Positions 49,442-60,807 are shown, counted from the first letter of the stretch. The stretch: DNA of 64,000 nucleotides from Hydrolagus colliei (GCA_035084275.1 CM068745.1:21142001-21206000); one strand, 5' to 3'. Made by a program: numbers and translations. The notes: generated by a model from the letters alone, not told the origin.

Positions 49442-49858
49442 ATGGGGAAAAGAAGCCCCGTATGGGACTACTTTGAAAACAATGCAGTCAGTAATGGTGT
49501 GTATAGATGTACAGTTTGCAAGGTCTTGGTTAAGACATCTGATTCGAGCACGAGCAACCTGCGACAACACATTAAGCAGCACCACCCCGCCCAGCACGCT
49601 GCCCTCAGAGCGAAATCATTGTCGACAACAGCAGGAAGTCGAACCAGCGCTTCGGAGAAAGCGACAGGTAGTGGGGCCAGTGCAGCTCAAACAATTCCTG
49701 CTTTATTTAAGAGGAGAACATTGTACCAGAGAGGGGACAAAAAGTGGCAAAGTATCACGAACGCTGTCACTTTTTGCATAGCAAAGGAGAGCTTGCCAAT
49801 GGCGAAGGACATTAATTCAGACTTCAGACTACATAAAAATAAGTGGCATTTTGTGGCT
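49442..49858 (+). CDS. Truncated hAT transposase N-terminus (BED finger), first 139 codons up to a putative GTAAGT donor; expression unknown
   Basis: MGKRSPVWDYF...CTVC...TSNLRQHIKQHH...IAKESLPM; the unspliced frame continues open into the purine tract. Confidence 0.7.
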
Positions 49859-50110
49859 GTAAGTGTTATTTTTGTGTGTGAGAGAGTTAGAAGCCAGATT
49901 ATCACTGCTGTGTGTGTCTGGTCAGACACATACATAGAAACAGTGAAAATCTGGCTTCTAACTCTAACAGTCAGTCTGTCTGTCTCTCTCTTTTCTATTG
50001 TGATAGATCTCATTTACACGTGGACATTACATGCTACTTTCAAACAAGAAATGGAGGAGAATAAATCTCTAGATTTTGTTTTTAGTGTGTGTGTGTTCTA
50101 TTTTGTGTTT

Positions 50111-51027
50111 AGAGATGGAGGGAGAGAAGGAGAGGGGGAAAGGAGGGAGAGAAAGAGAGAGGCGAGGGAGGGAGGGAGAGAAGGAGAGGGGGAAAGTTGG
50201 GAGAGAAGGAGAGAGGAAGAGGGAGGGAGAGAAGGAGAGGGTGAAAGGAGGGAGAGAAGGAGAGAGGAAGAGAGGAGAGGGAGGGAGAGAAGGAGAGGGG
50301 GAAAGGAGGGAGAGAAGGAGCGAGGGGAAAGGAGGGAGAGAAGGAGTGAGGGGAGGGAGGGAGAAAGTTGGGAGAGAAGGAGAGAGGAAGAGAGGAGAGG
50401 GAGGGAGAGAAGGAGAGGGGGAAAGGAGGGAGAGAAGGAGCGAGGGGAAAGGAGTGAGAGAAGGAGAGAGGAAGAGAGGAGAGGGAGGGAGGGAGAGAAG
50501 GAGAGGGGGAAAGGAGTGAGAGAAGGAGGGAGGGGAAAGGAGGGAGAGAAGGAGAGAGGGGAGGGAGGGAGAGGGGGAAAGTTGGGAGAGAAGGAGAGAG
50601 GAAGAGAGGAGAGGGAGGGAGAGAAGGAGAGGGGGAAAGGAGGGAGAGAAGGAGCGAGGGGAAAGGAGGGAGAGAAGGAGAGAGGGGAGGGAGGGAGAGG
50701 GGGAAAGAGGAAGAGAGGAGAGGGAGGGAGAGAAGGAGAGGGGGGANNNNNNNNNNNNNNNNNNNNNNNNNNNNNNNNNNNNNNNNNNNNNNNNNNNNNN
50801 NNNNNNNNNNNNNNNNNNNNNNNNNNNNNNNNNNNNNNNNNNNNNNNNNNNNNNNNNNNNNNNNNNNNNNNNNNNNNNNNNNNNNNNNNNNNNNNNNNNN
50901 NNNNNNNNNNNNNNNNAGGAGAGGGAGGGAGAGAAGGAGAGGGGAAAGTAGGGAGAGAAGGAGAGAGGAGAGGAGGGAGAGAAGGAGAGAGGAGAGGAGG
51001 GAGAGAAGGAGAGGGGGAGGTAGGGAG
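50111..51027. repeat. Polypurine minisatellite inside hAT copy 2, spanning an assembly gap
   Basis: Same units as 43373-44134 in a different order. Confidence 0.9.
50747..50916. other. Assembly gap (170 N)
   Basis: Run of n. Confidence 1.
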
Positions 51028-52111
51028 CAAACAACATCGTATAATTCAACAGACCTTGACACCAACATTACAAACTTTCTGGACCTAGAGCACGCATTTC
51101 GAAATGTGCGCGCATCGGCAGTGCGGACGCACCGTCAATGCGCGCGCACCGTGACTGTGCGCGCACCATAAATGCGCGCGCGCCATCAATGCACGCGCAC
51201 TTCGAATGCACGCGCATGCGCAGTATAAAAACTCGATAGATCGGTTTAAGCAGGTATGAGCAAACCGATATATCCATATCCGGAAAAATCCCATATCGCC
51301 GTTCCCTAGTTTCCAGTTATTAAAGCTTATCCTGGCGCATGTGAATGCAATCATTTTATATTGCTCTAGATCTAGACATTAATAAAATGGTTTAGTCACA
51401 TCATGGGTGTTTATGGGATATTGATGTGCGCAAATTTGCTGCCACATTCACTTGCAAAATAGTCGTTACACTTTATTTGATATCTTGTGAAGTGCTTTAG
51501 GACATCCTTGTGATGTGAAAGGCGTTACACTAAATGCAATTATTACTGAGAATATTCAGCGAGAACTAGTTACCAGAAATGGTGGTTGAGGCCAGGATAC
51601 TAGACTCATTAAAGAAACAATCTCGAGAATCGGAGCGTGGAGGTTTTGCACTGAGGTCCCATTAATGCTGCAATTCAATGCCATAATGGATGGCTGGACA
51701 AGCAGCAGGAAAGCCTGACAGACAGTGTTTTCAATAGTACGTTAAGTGATTTTAGCTGGTTAGGTTTTAGCTGGAGGCCAACAGAACCTCTGGGTTTTGC
51801 AAGCCTTGCCTCTTATCACCCTGTGCCAAATACATTCTAGAATTAAGAAGCAGGATGCTTCCTTCTTGGGAGAGTGAGAAATACATTCAAACAACTATCT
51901 GGAATTTGCATGCATAGGTGGGATTCATAGAACTCTGTTTGGAATGAATACTTTTAAACATGTCAGACACCCTTCGTTAATGTAAAAATAAATTACATTT
52001 TAGTTTAGATTTGAAGTCAGAAGTGAATAATAGCACAAGTATGTGAAAGTATATCTATAAGTTCATCCTTTAGCTGCCCGTTAACTTCAACAAATATTTA
52101 TGTTTCTTTAG

Positions 52112-53131
52112 GTCACTTATGAAGCTCACAAAGAATACTTAGCCAAGATGTATGAAGAGTATCAAAGACAAGAGGAGGAGAACATCAAGAAAGGAAAAAA
52201 AGGCGGTGTCAGTACTATTTCTGGCCTCTCATCTCAGGCTGTAGGATCCAAAGGGGTTATAGAGATCAGAGAAATTGATGACAATTCCCATACTCAGAGC
52301 CCAGAGAGTGAAACTGACTATCCAGTCAGCACAGATTCTAGAAATTTACTTGTAGAGGCAAAGATACCCAATAATTGTGTGGGAGTTTCAGACAGATCAG
52401 CAGCAGCAGCAGGAGGAGGAGGGGTACGTGTGGAGGTTCATGATCTCCTAGTTGACATCAAGGCTGAGAAGGTAGATGCCACTGAAGTAAAGCTTGATGA
52501 TCTGGACCTGTTGCCTGAGACACTCGCTGGAGAGAATGGAAACTTAGTGGAGGTCGATTCTCTGTTAGACAATGTATATACCTCCACTGTTGAATCCCTC
52601 AAGAGCAATATCAGTGACAGTTCAATTTCTCAACCACGGGAAGAAAGGGACAGTGGTCCCTTGATATCTCTGGTAGATGAAAAGGAGGATGAGCCTGCAA
52701 ATAGTAACTCATTTCTCTTTGATAAAAGAACCAACCATCAGAAAAAACTACTGACAGAGCTGCCTTCTCCTGACAATCTTTCCCTTACAAATATACAGGA
52801 AGCCCAACTAAGTACAAGTGCTTGCGATGATCTGGGGCTGTTAGCTCACATGACAAGCAATTCAGACATGCCTTGTCCAAAACCAGCCACTGAGGACAAG
52901 AATTTCAAAATTCAAAGCAGTTTGGTAGAAATGAACATCCTGTCAGAGGCAGAAGGAGTTTCAAAAGGAACAGAATTTGCTGAAATTGTTGGCATCGACT
53001 CTGAGCTGTCTTCAAAAAAAGCTGTTGTTAATTTAGATGCTGCCAGCACAACGTCAGACACTGAGAGATCTGATGATGGCAAAGAAACAGGAAAGGAAAT
53101 GAAAAAAATTCAGACCACAACCACAACCCAG
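52112..53131 (+). CDS. NBEA: Neurobeachin large internal exon (1020 nt, phase 0-0), acidic low-complexity region including the putative PKA-RII binding helix
   Basis: tttAG|GTC ... CAG|GTaag; VTYEAHKEYLAKMYEEYQRQEEENIKKGKKG...KKIQTTTTTQ. This N-terminal peptide is NBEA-type rather than LRBA-type (from memory). Confidence 0.96.
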
Positions 53132-53191
53132 GTAAGGTCAAATGGTTTAAACAGGCTGTGTTCTAAATTTATTGCCTGAGAGTGGAATGTA

Positions 53192-53327
53192 TAGTTTCAC
53201 AATCTCACCTCATTGGCACCATCCAAGAGGCACCAAAGAAACATGTTTAGCTTTCATTTTGATTAAACTTTTTGAGATCTGTTTGGTACCACTAGGATGA
53301 TGCCAGTGAGGTGAGATTGTGAAACTA
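53192..53327. repeat. Intronic inverted repeat (about 48-bp arms), possibly an old MITE
   Basis: tagtttcacaatctcacctcattggcaccatcc... / ...ggatgatgccagtgaggtgagattgtgaaacta. Confidence 0.8.
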
Positions 53328-53579
53328 ATGTTGTGACACACCACAAAGGTGTGAACGATTACCATTGATGAGAAAAGAAGGGGTTTATTTTGTATATTAT
53401 CAGGATTTTAATGATCTGCATATAATGCACACATTTCTACTGTGCAAATTGATGAGTCCCAGTTTAGTTTGTTGGAGAACCATTTATGGTCTTTTGTGTT
53501 TATTGGAAGTGGTTGTTAATGGTAATAAGAGAACATTCGGCTTACATTAGATTTTGTTCATCAAATGTTCTATCGATAG

Positions 53580-53797
53580 GCTGTTCAGGGCCGTGGAGGC
53601 GCTCTGCAAGAAAGAGATCTACGTGTTGATCTGGGATTCCGTGGAATGCCTATGACTGAGGAGCAACGTCGGCAATTTAGCCCAGGACCACGCACAACAA
53701 TGTTCCGCATCCCTGAATTCAAGTGGTCCACCATGCATCAGCGATTGCTGACAGATCTGCTGTTCGCTTTGGAAACTGATGTCCATGTTTGGAGAAG
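53580..53797 (+). CDS. NBEA: Neurobeachin internal coding exon (218 nt, phase 0-2)
   Basis: gatAG|GCT ... AG|GTgat; [72 protein letters not shown](S). Confidence 0.95.
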
Positions 53798-54343
53798 GTG
53801 ATGAAAATAATTTTATTTCATAACTATTTTTGGTGTGGTGGAGAAATCCTGAAGGAAGCAGTGAGTTATTGAATTATGTGATCAAAATAAATTTCTAATT
53901 TATTATTTATTGAACATTATATACAGTAAATTTAAAATTTACTTTGTCTAGAACTAAGGTAGGATTTATTCTCATTTGCAAACTTTGTTTTTCAAATGGT
54001 CACTAGGGGTCCTGTTTGCTTCATCTGGTTGAAACATGATGATGTCCTTACCGAAGATTAGCAAAACTGTGACAGCTTTGTTAATGTTTCAATCAATTCA
54101 GTGATGGTTCTTTTCACATTTGTTGCTTTTAAAGCAGTTGTAACTATTTTTTTTGTACTGGTTGTGATGAAGATTATCTAGCATTATTGGTTAGGTTAGA
54201 TGATAACTATCCTTATCGCTTCAACAAATTGTTGATTGTTTTACCATTTTGATTGCTGTCATTGTGATTATCATGGAATTTGTAATATATGTGAAACAAC
54301 AACAAAAATTACATTTGTAATATATGTGTTTGTGTCTCTGCAG

Positions 54344-54497
54344 CCATGCCACAAAGTCAGTGATGGATTTTGTGAACAGCAATGAAAATATTATTTTTGT
54401 GCACAATACAATTCATCTTATTTCTCAAATGGTGGACAACATTATCATTGCTTGTGGCGGAATCTTACCTTTGTTATCAGCAGCAACATCTCCTTCT
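54344..54497 (+). CDS. NBEA: Neurobeachin internal coding exon (154 nt, phase 2-0)
   Basis: ctgcAG|C ... TCT|GTgagt; [51 protein letters not shown]. Confidence 0.95.
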
Positions 54498-54726
54498 GTG
54501 AGTATGGAGCATAGCGCCGCCTTGTGTTGCTATCTGAAATTTCACATTATAAAACAAAATCCATAATATAACTAAATAATTCCAAACATCAAGAAATAAA
54601 AATAAGCCCTTTTCAATAGTTCACCAATACATCTTAAATAATCCAAATAAATTAACAACTTTATGTTGTGTACTTTAACATAGATTGAGCTTTATGCTTT
54701 AAATTTGAGTCCAAACCACATCATAG

Positions 54727-55056
54727 AACTGGATCCTAGATGACATGTTGGTAACAGAATGTCAGAATTGAACCAACTCTCTGTGACTGTCTCAGTAGTC
54801 CAGTTCCTGAGCCAGTTTCAGGGCCCTGCTGATGGCAGCTGACGCAGTATGGCTTATCAGCAGGACGTGGAATGGCAGACAAGTTACTGGAGCCAGACTG
54901 TTTCCCTCAGCTTCCATTAACCCAGCAAGGCAAAGCTTTAACTGAAAAGATGGTCCTTACAGGACAAGCAATAGCAAAGCATGCCAGACAGAACATTCAA
55001 TGGCAAACTGATTAGACTCCAGCTGTAACCCAACACATGCTCTGGGGTCCCTAAGC
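54727..55056 (-). repeat. Old unclassified interspersed repeat, inverted sister of 40826-41190
   Basis: gaatgtcagaat, gtccagttcctgagccag, ttagactccag blocks are reverse complements of the 40826 copy. Confidence 0.7.
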
Positions 55057-55397
55057 TTTGGCTTTTTCCCAACATCTGCCTCATACCTTCTTTCTTTATA
55101 ATTTTACATCAATAGATTCAGTAAAGGTAAAGATTGAGTGTAAAATAAGTCTGACGTATTTTAGAAATGGGTTTAGATTAACCTTTAACAAATATACTTC
55201 TCTTTTATTTATTACAAATTCTACAGTGAAATGTTAACTTGCCTTAGTATGTTAGGTAATTGTAAATATTTTTAACTGAACTTGATAAATAAGTATAATT
55301 TAAAATTATAATTCACAAAGTTTTTTCCTTCCTATTTATTAATTCTTACTTTTTTAACTTATATTTTTATTCTGTTTTTTTCATATTGCATGCCAAG

Positions 55398-55406
55398 GGT
55401 TCAAAG
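55398..55406 (+). CDS. NBEA: Neurobeachin 9-nt microexon encoding GSK (phase 0-0)
   Basis: Long T-rich tract, then ttgcatgccaAG|GGT TCA AAG|GTtagt. It supplies the GSK that I recall in mammalian NBEA between ...SAATSPT and TELENIE...; neither flanking exon encodes it. Confidence 0.8.
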
Positions 55407-56589
55407 GTTAGTATTTCTACTTTTTGAGTTTGACTTAATTTTCACATTTTGTGCTAAATCTCAACAAGGAAATAATGCTTAAATAAGGTGCACTGGTTAT
55501 AAATTGTCTTCTTTTAAAAGTAATTACTTTTGGTGTTTGTATTTGTATTCTACATTAATTTCAATACAAATGTAAAACATAGTAATTAATTTAGCACATT
55601 TTTCTGTAGTTTTTGAAAGCAAATATTGTAGCATATTGCTACAGGTGGAGCTCTCTTATTCCACCATTTCTTCTGACTCTATTTACAACATTAAGTTGTT
55701 TTTAAGAATCTGAAGAAGAAAAATCTGTACCAGAGTAATAAGAGAAAATGTGCTAAAGAGCTCTATCATAAAATCTATCTTTTAATGATTGTAGAACATG
55801 TGCACCATTTGTGCATAGTCTGCTTATGGTAAAACTCTGACTGCTAAACCATGTGATTCATGCTTCATCGCTAGGCTTTGAAATTTGACTATTAAAGATA
55901 TTCAAACTTGTTAAAATCAAAATATAAAATATTTTGCTTTGCAGTTAAAATAAAAGGGCTGAAAAGGGGGAACATTGTATCAAATCTGTTAAATATAGAA
56001 AGCAATGTTAAAATGTACCAAGTAAGAATTGCATAGCATTTAGTTTATATGAAAAAGAATGTGAGTTAGCACATTTGGGTATGTAAACCTAGGTTTAGTG
56101 ATATTGAATCCAACTGAATAGTGGGTATTTGATATTCTGCAACAAAAATAGGCTGATTGTAAAATGGGCCCTTTTTGTATATGATGTACAGACGTTCTTT
56201 ATCAACTGTAATAATCACGTGTACAAAATATTATCTTCAAAAGACTATCAGAGTGGATTCTAGAGCCCCAGTTGACAATGGGAGACTCCACAGCCCTGGC
56301 AAATCACTTGTAAGTTCAGCAAAGATCTATGTTGTCTGCATATATTAAATAAAATAACCATTAGAAATTGGAGTGATATTTGTGTTTTACATGTGTAGTT
56401 TCTAGCATCAGCTAAATGTCTTGACTGTAATTGAACAATGATTTTGATATTTTTATAAATAAACTAAAAATAGAAATATAACATACCATTCCAAATGTAT
56501 CTTGCACACTTGTATTAAAATTGTATGTACAATATCCTAAGGACAAACATATGACATGATATGGGTATTTTACCTGTGTTTTTTAAAAG

Positions 56590-56770
56590 ACTGAGCTGGA
56601 AAATATTGAGGCAACCCAAGGCATGTCAACAGAGACAGCAGTAACGTTCCTAAACAGGCTGATGGCCATGGTTGATGTGCTGGTTTTCTCAAGCTCACTC
56701 AATTTCAGTGAGATTGAAGCAGAAAAGAACATGTCATCTGGAGGCTTAATGCGTCAATGCCTGAGGCTCG
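56590..56770 (+). CDS. NBEA: Neurobeachin internal coding exon (181 nt, phase 0-1); last exon recognised in the window
   Basis: ttttaaaAG|ACT ... G|GTgagt; [60 protein letters not shown]. Confidence 0.95.
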
Positions 56771-56989
56771 GTGAGTACAAATATTATGCTATAGTTTTTG
56801 TATTTATGTCTGTCCATAGCAACACTTCAATTCTTCAATGAGTATGTCTATGTTCAATGCACAACTTAATATTCAACAAGAGCAACTTGCATTTATATAA
56901 CACCCTTCACATGGGTAGTTTCTCGGAATACACTTGTGGAGCTTGATGCCAAACCGGGGAAATGAGTTAGGTGACTGTAGACATAGTCA

Positions 56990-58240
56990 AACAACAACAA
57001 CAACAACAACTTGGATTTATATAGCACCCTCCATGCTGGACAGCATCTCAGAGCACTTCCCATTAACGGATCCCAGGGCTGAGTCAGTGGGAAGGGGAAG
57101 AAGGTGACCGAATGCGGAAGATGGAAGAAAGCAATGCTGGTGAGGAAAAAGAAAGGTCTTTAGCCAAGACCTGAAAGTAGGAAGAGGGGTCGAGGTGAAG
57201 GGAGTGAGGAAGGGAGTTCCAGAGCCTTGGGGCGTAGTGGGTGAAGGCACGGCCGCCGATGGTAGAGTAGAGGATTTGGAAGACGAGGAGGAAGCAGATC
57301 CGGTGGAACGAAGGCAACGGGTACTGTTGTGAGGAGAGAGGAGGTCAGAGAGATAAGAGGGTGGAGGAGTGGAGAGATTTTAAAACAAGAGTGAGGATCT
57401 TGAAATCGATCCTCTCTGGGACAGGGAGCCAGTGCAAGTCTGGCAAGGACTAGGGTAATCGGGGAGCAGAGTTTGGTATGGGTAAGAATGCAGGCAGCAG
57501 AATTCTGGATGACCTGGATTTTATGAATGGAGTGGAGGAGAGACCGGTGAGGAGGGCATTTGAATAGTCCAGCAGAGAGGTGACAAAGGCATGGACCAGG
57601 GTTTCAGCGGCTTTTGGGGTGAGATATTGCCAGAGACGGGTGAAGCGTCGGAGATGGAAGAAAGCGGTGCTGGTGAGGGACTGGATTTGGTGGTGGAAGG
57701 ATAAGTGGAGGTCGAACCTGACGCCTAGGTTGCTTATGGGTTTGGGGAGTTTTAGGGGCAAGTTGGGTAGGTGGAGGAGGTGATGAATCTGTGGCAAAAT
57801 CGAAAGATCTTCAGAAGTAATCTGTAGTCTGGCAAGGAGAGACTAATGCAGAGGGATTGGAGCAGAGAGTTCTAGAGTTTTGGGGCAAATTGATGAAAGC
57901 GCTGCTGCAGATGGTGAAGTGGAAGGAACGAGGGATAAAGCCAGCCAGAGGGTCAAGATGGTCAGAGCCAGGTGAGCAAAAGGGGTGGGTAATGTAGTGA
58001 GGTAAGCATGTTGGAGAGCTAGAGGTGCTAGGGCGTGAACTGATTTTTAAATAAATGTACGGATCTTGAAATTGATCCATTGTGTAGCAGGAAGGCTGGT
58101 TAGTAGATCCTAGCAAGGATTGGAATGATGGGGTGGAGAGTTTGGTACATGGGTGGATGAGGTTCGAGTCAGTTGAAAAGTGGAGTTGGGAAGACTGGCA
58201 AGGAGGTCATTGGAAAAATTGAGGTGGGAGGTAATGAATG
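56990..58240 (-). mobile_element. L2 remnant (3' end plus internally deleted upstream part)
   Basis: (aac)n tail at 56990; [12 protein letters not shown]...[20 protein letters not shown] in ORF 57450..57797. Confidence 0.85.
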
Positions 58241-58489
58241 GATATATAAGTCTTTAATGCTTTCACCAGGTATTTTGAAAGTGAACTGTAAAGGGAAACA
58301 GTTTTCATATATATAATTAATATGAATATAAATAATGTGCAAATACAATACATAATTTCAGTAAGAGGGTAGCTGGGGAGACGTTAAAACACTAAGGAAC
58401 TTGAAGGGAGTTGGAAAAGAGAATGACCAGATGGCATCAAGTTGAACTGTGGAATAATTGAATGCAGAAAAGTATTAACATTGAGAGCT

Positions 58490-58830
58490 TTTAGCGTATG
58501 TACACGGGCTGATGATTGGCAAATACAGTTCAATGCATGGAAATGCCTGCAGGAAGTAAGAATAGGAAACACATGTATTGCATGGATGGGATAGAATTTC
58601 CCATGGGGGAAGCTGAAAGAGATCTAGGGATGTTAGTTGACTCATCACTCACCATGTCAAACAGTGTGAGGCAGGAATAAACAAGGCAAACAATATGCTG
58701 GGCTACATTGCCCAATCAGTTAAATTCAGATTGCTAGACATCAAACTCAAGCTATATCGTGCTCTGGCCAGGTTGCACCTGGATTCACGCTCACAGTGTT
58801 CCAGGCCATTTACAAAATCCAGAATCACGT
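58490..58830 (+). mobile_element. Old CR1 RT C-terminal fragment
   Basis: ADDWQIQFNAWKC, ERDLGMLVDSSL, KANNMLGYI peptides. Confidence 0.7.
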
Positions 58831-59035
58831 AGTGAGATGAATCTGTGGCAAATACAGAAAGAAGCTAGAGGGAGGGAGGGCAGGCGGGTGGGCTCCGGCC
58901 TACAGTGACCTGTCACTGAGGCCCCAAAGGTGGAGTTAGCTTCACAACAGATATGTCTGTTTGTCATCTCCTCACAGGAGCACCTGGATAAACACCTGGT
59001 GTTGAGTAAGCCTGGTACACGGTAGCCTGGTACAC

Positions 59036-59742
59036 GTGGAGCTCCTGTAGCTCAGTGGTTAGAGCGCTCGCCTTACAAGTGTGAGATCTGTGTTCAAATC
59101 CAGGTAGAGTCCTTGGGCAAGTTTCCTTACTCCACACACCTAATAATAATCCGTTCCAAAAAAAAACCACAATAATAAATATTGGTCATTTTCAATCCAC
59201 AACTGTTTGTGGGTCACTGCTGTGTGCAATTGGCTGCTCATTTTTGCTCACAAATATAGTCAATTCACTTTACAGTATACAGTACAGTAACACCTTTGTT
59301 ATCCAGCACGTTCAGGACCTGACCAGTGTCGATTACTCAAATATGCCAGATATTCGAGTGGCAAGTTGCCGAAAATCATACCATATTAATAATAGACTAA
59401 ATAATAATAGAATATTGTATGGATACTTACCAATAAAGCATTCCAGCACACTCGGTAAAATGATCGATAAAAAAGAATTCCAGCGTTCAGTAAGTTTAAT
59501 AAGTGCGCATGCGCCTGATGCACAAAGTGAGCATACCGTGAGTGTCCCGGATGGCTATGGTATGAGATCCGGTTGCTGGAATGGTGAATTGTATTGGGAG
59601 ATACCGGTTGGTTGAGTATGCCAATTGGTTGGGTACCGGATAAACAAGGTTTTACTGTATTTTGTGAAGCTCTTTGAGACGTTGATAAGTTGTGAAAAGA
59701 GCTTCATCAAATGCAAGGATTATTATTATTATTATTATTATT
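59036..59742 (+). mobile_element. Full-length tRNA-derived SINE split by a Tigger-like MITE
   Basis: gtggagctcctgtagctcagtggttagagcg head; body resumes ttttgtgaagctctttgagacg after 59659; (att)n tail. Confidence 0.88.
59285..59657. mobile_element. Tigger/pogo-like MITE (373 bp)
   Basis: TA|CAGTAACACCTTTGTTATCC ... GGATAAACAAGGTTTTACTG|TA; termini related to the 38697/41987 family. Confidence 0.85.
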
Positions 59743-60807
59743 GGACTTGGACCTTGACCACATCAAAATGGCTGGCATGTCATTAGCTGTCTGTAACAGT
59801 CCTCCCGCCATGCTGACAGCAGATGTCTTTTAGATATCTAATGACAAAACTCTAAGTCTTGTGGCAACAGCTGTTGGACAGCGTTACCTGAAGTCTGAGC
59901 TTGTGAACATGTGTTCATACATCAAGCGCTTGGAACCCACTTGGGTTGGTTTGCAGAGAGGTAAGCAAGTACTGCTTATGCTCCACATCTTCAACAAGAA
60001 CCATATTCAGCGTAAATTAATGTGTGTCCAAGCAGTGAGCGGGACGCTGTTGGCAACACTCTTACGCATTTCATGCTGTGCTCCTGGTAACTGCCATCCA
60101 CTAGTAAGGGCAAACGAACAACTCTTGATTTTCCTCCTTGAATTCCAAAACCTAACTATTTATGTGAAAAAAAATTATCCTAACCTCAATACGGATTCCT
60201 CTCATTCAATTCCAGATAATTCTGCAAGTCGAAGTCCTAATGGATATAGTGTTGCTAAGCTGGACACACAGTGGGGCGGTTACCAGACAATTCTTCCAAT
60301 GATAAGCAATGCAGTTTTAGCTGGTTAAATTCCAGCAGTCCTCCAACATATACTGTAGCCAACCTGTGTCTAATACTCTTTATAATAATGTTCCATCAGG
60401 GAAATTGTGCATTCCATTCCGGACACAGGGAAATTTTCATGCATGTGGCACTCTGTCGTGTTTGAATACTCTTAAGCATGGTGATGGATTTCCGCATGTG
60501 TTAGCACCTGGCTAACCCCAAAAAAATCCAAGTACAGTATAAATAACCACTGCAGCCATATCTTGCTTTGTTTGGTTGAATCACAGTAATGCGTGTCTCG
60601 ATTGGTGTATCAGCATAGAATGGTAGATGAGCTAATGCAATTCCACCAGAGGATGGAGCTACAGCTTTGAAACCTTACCAGTTCCCATCTTGTATAATAT
60701 GTCCTCTTTTGCCACAAAACAATAAAAATAGGGGATTTTAAAACTACATTTCATAAAGATACAATAATAATTGTTAGGATTTTATAATAATGATGCTTGC
60801 ATTTGAT

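Larger units (their letters stand above)
49052..51308 (+). mobile_element. Non-autonomous hAT (Ac/ZBED-type) element with BED finger, copy 2
   Basis: TIR TAGGGAATGGCGAT / ATCGCCGTTCCCTA; perfect 8-bp TSD GTTTCCAG (49044-49051, 51309-51316); near-identical to copy 1 outside the purine tract. Confidence 0.95.

Noticed and set aside
49442-51088. 548-aa ORF joining the BED finger to an R/E/G-rich tail
   Set aside because: It crosses a 170-N gap of uncertain length, the tail is open trivially, and copy 1 has frameshifts and stops in the linker
42316-51308. The two hAT copies as a segmental duplication or assembly duplicate
   Set aside because: Similarity stops exactly at the TIRs, each copy has its own TSD, and they differ by scattered substitutions and indels
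55116-55126. 11-nt AG/GT-bounded stop-containing poison microexon
   Set aside because: No UGC signature or homology support; such short AG..GT pairs are common by chance in AT-rich introns
12558-56770. Assignment to the paralog LRBA; nested MAB21L gene
   Set aside because: Peptides such as VTYEAHKEYLAKMYEEYQRQ match NBEA as I recall it; no MAB21-like ORF is in this window
59861-60328. 155-aa plus-strand ORF; faint zinc-knuckle-like pattern on the minus strand
   Set aside because: No recognisable domain, GTG start, and the key Cys/His residues of the minus-strand pattern are missing
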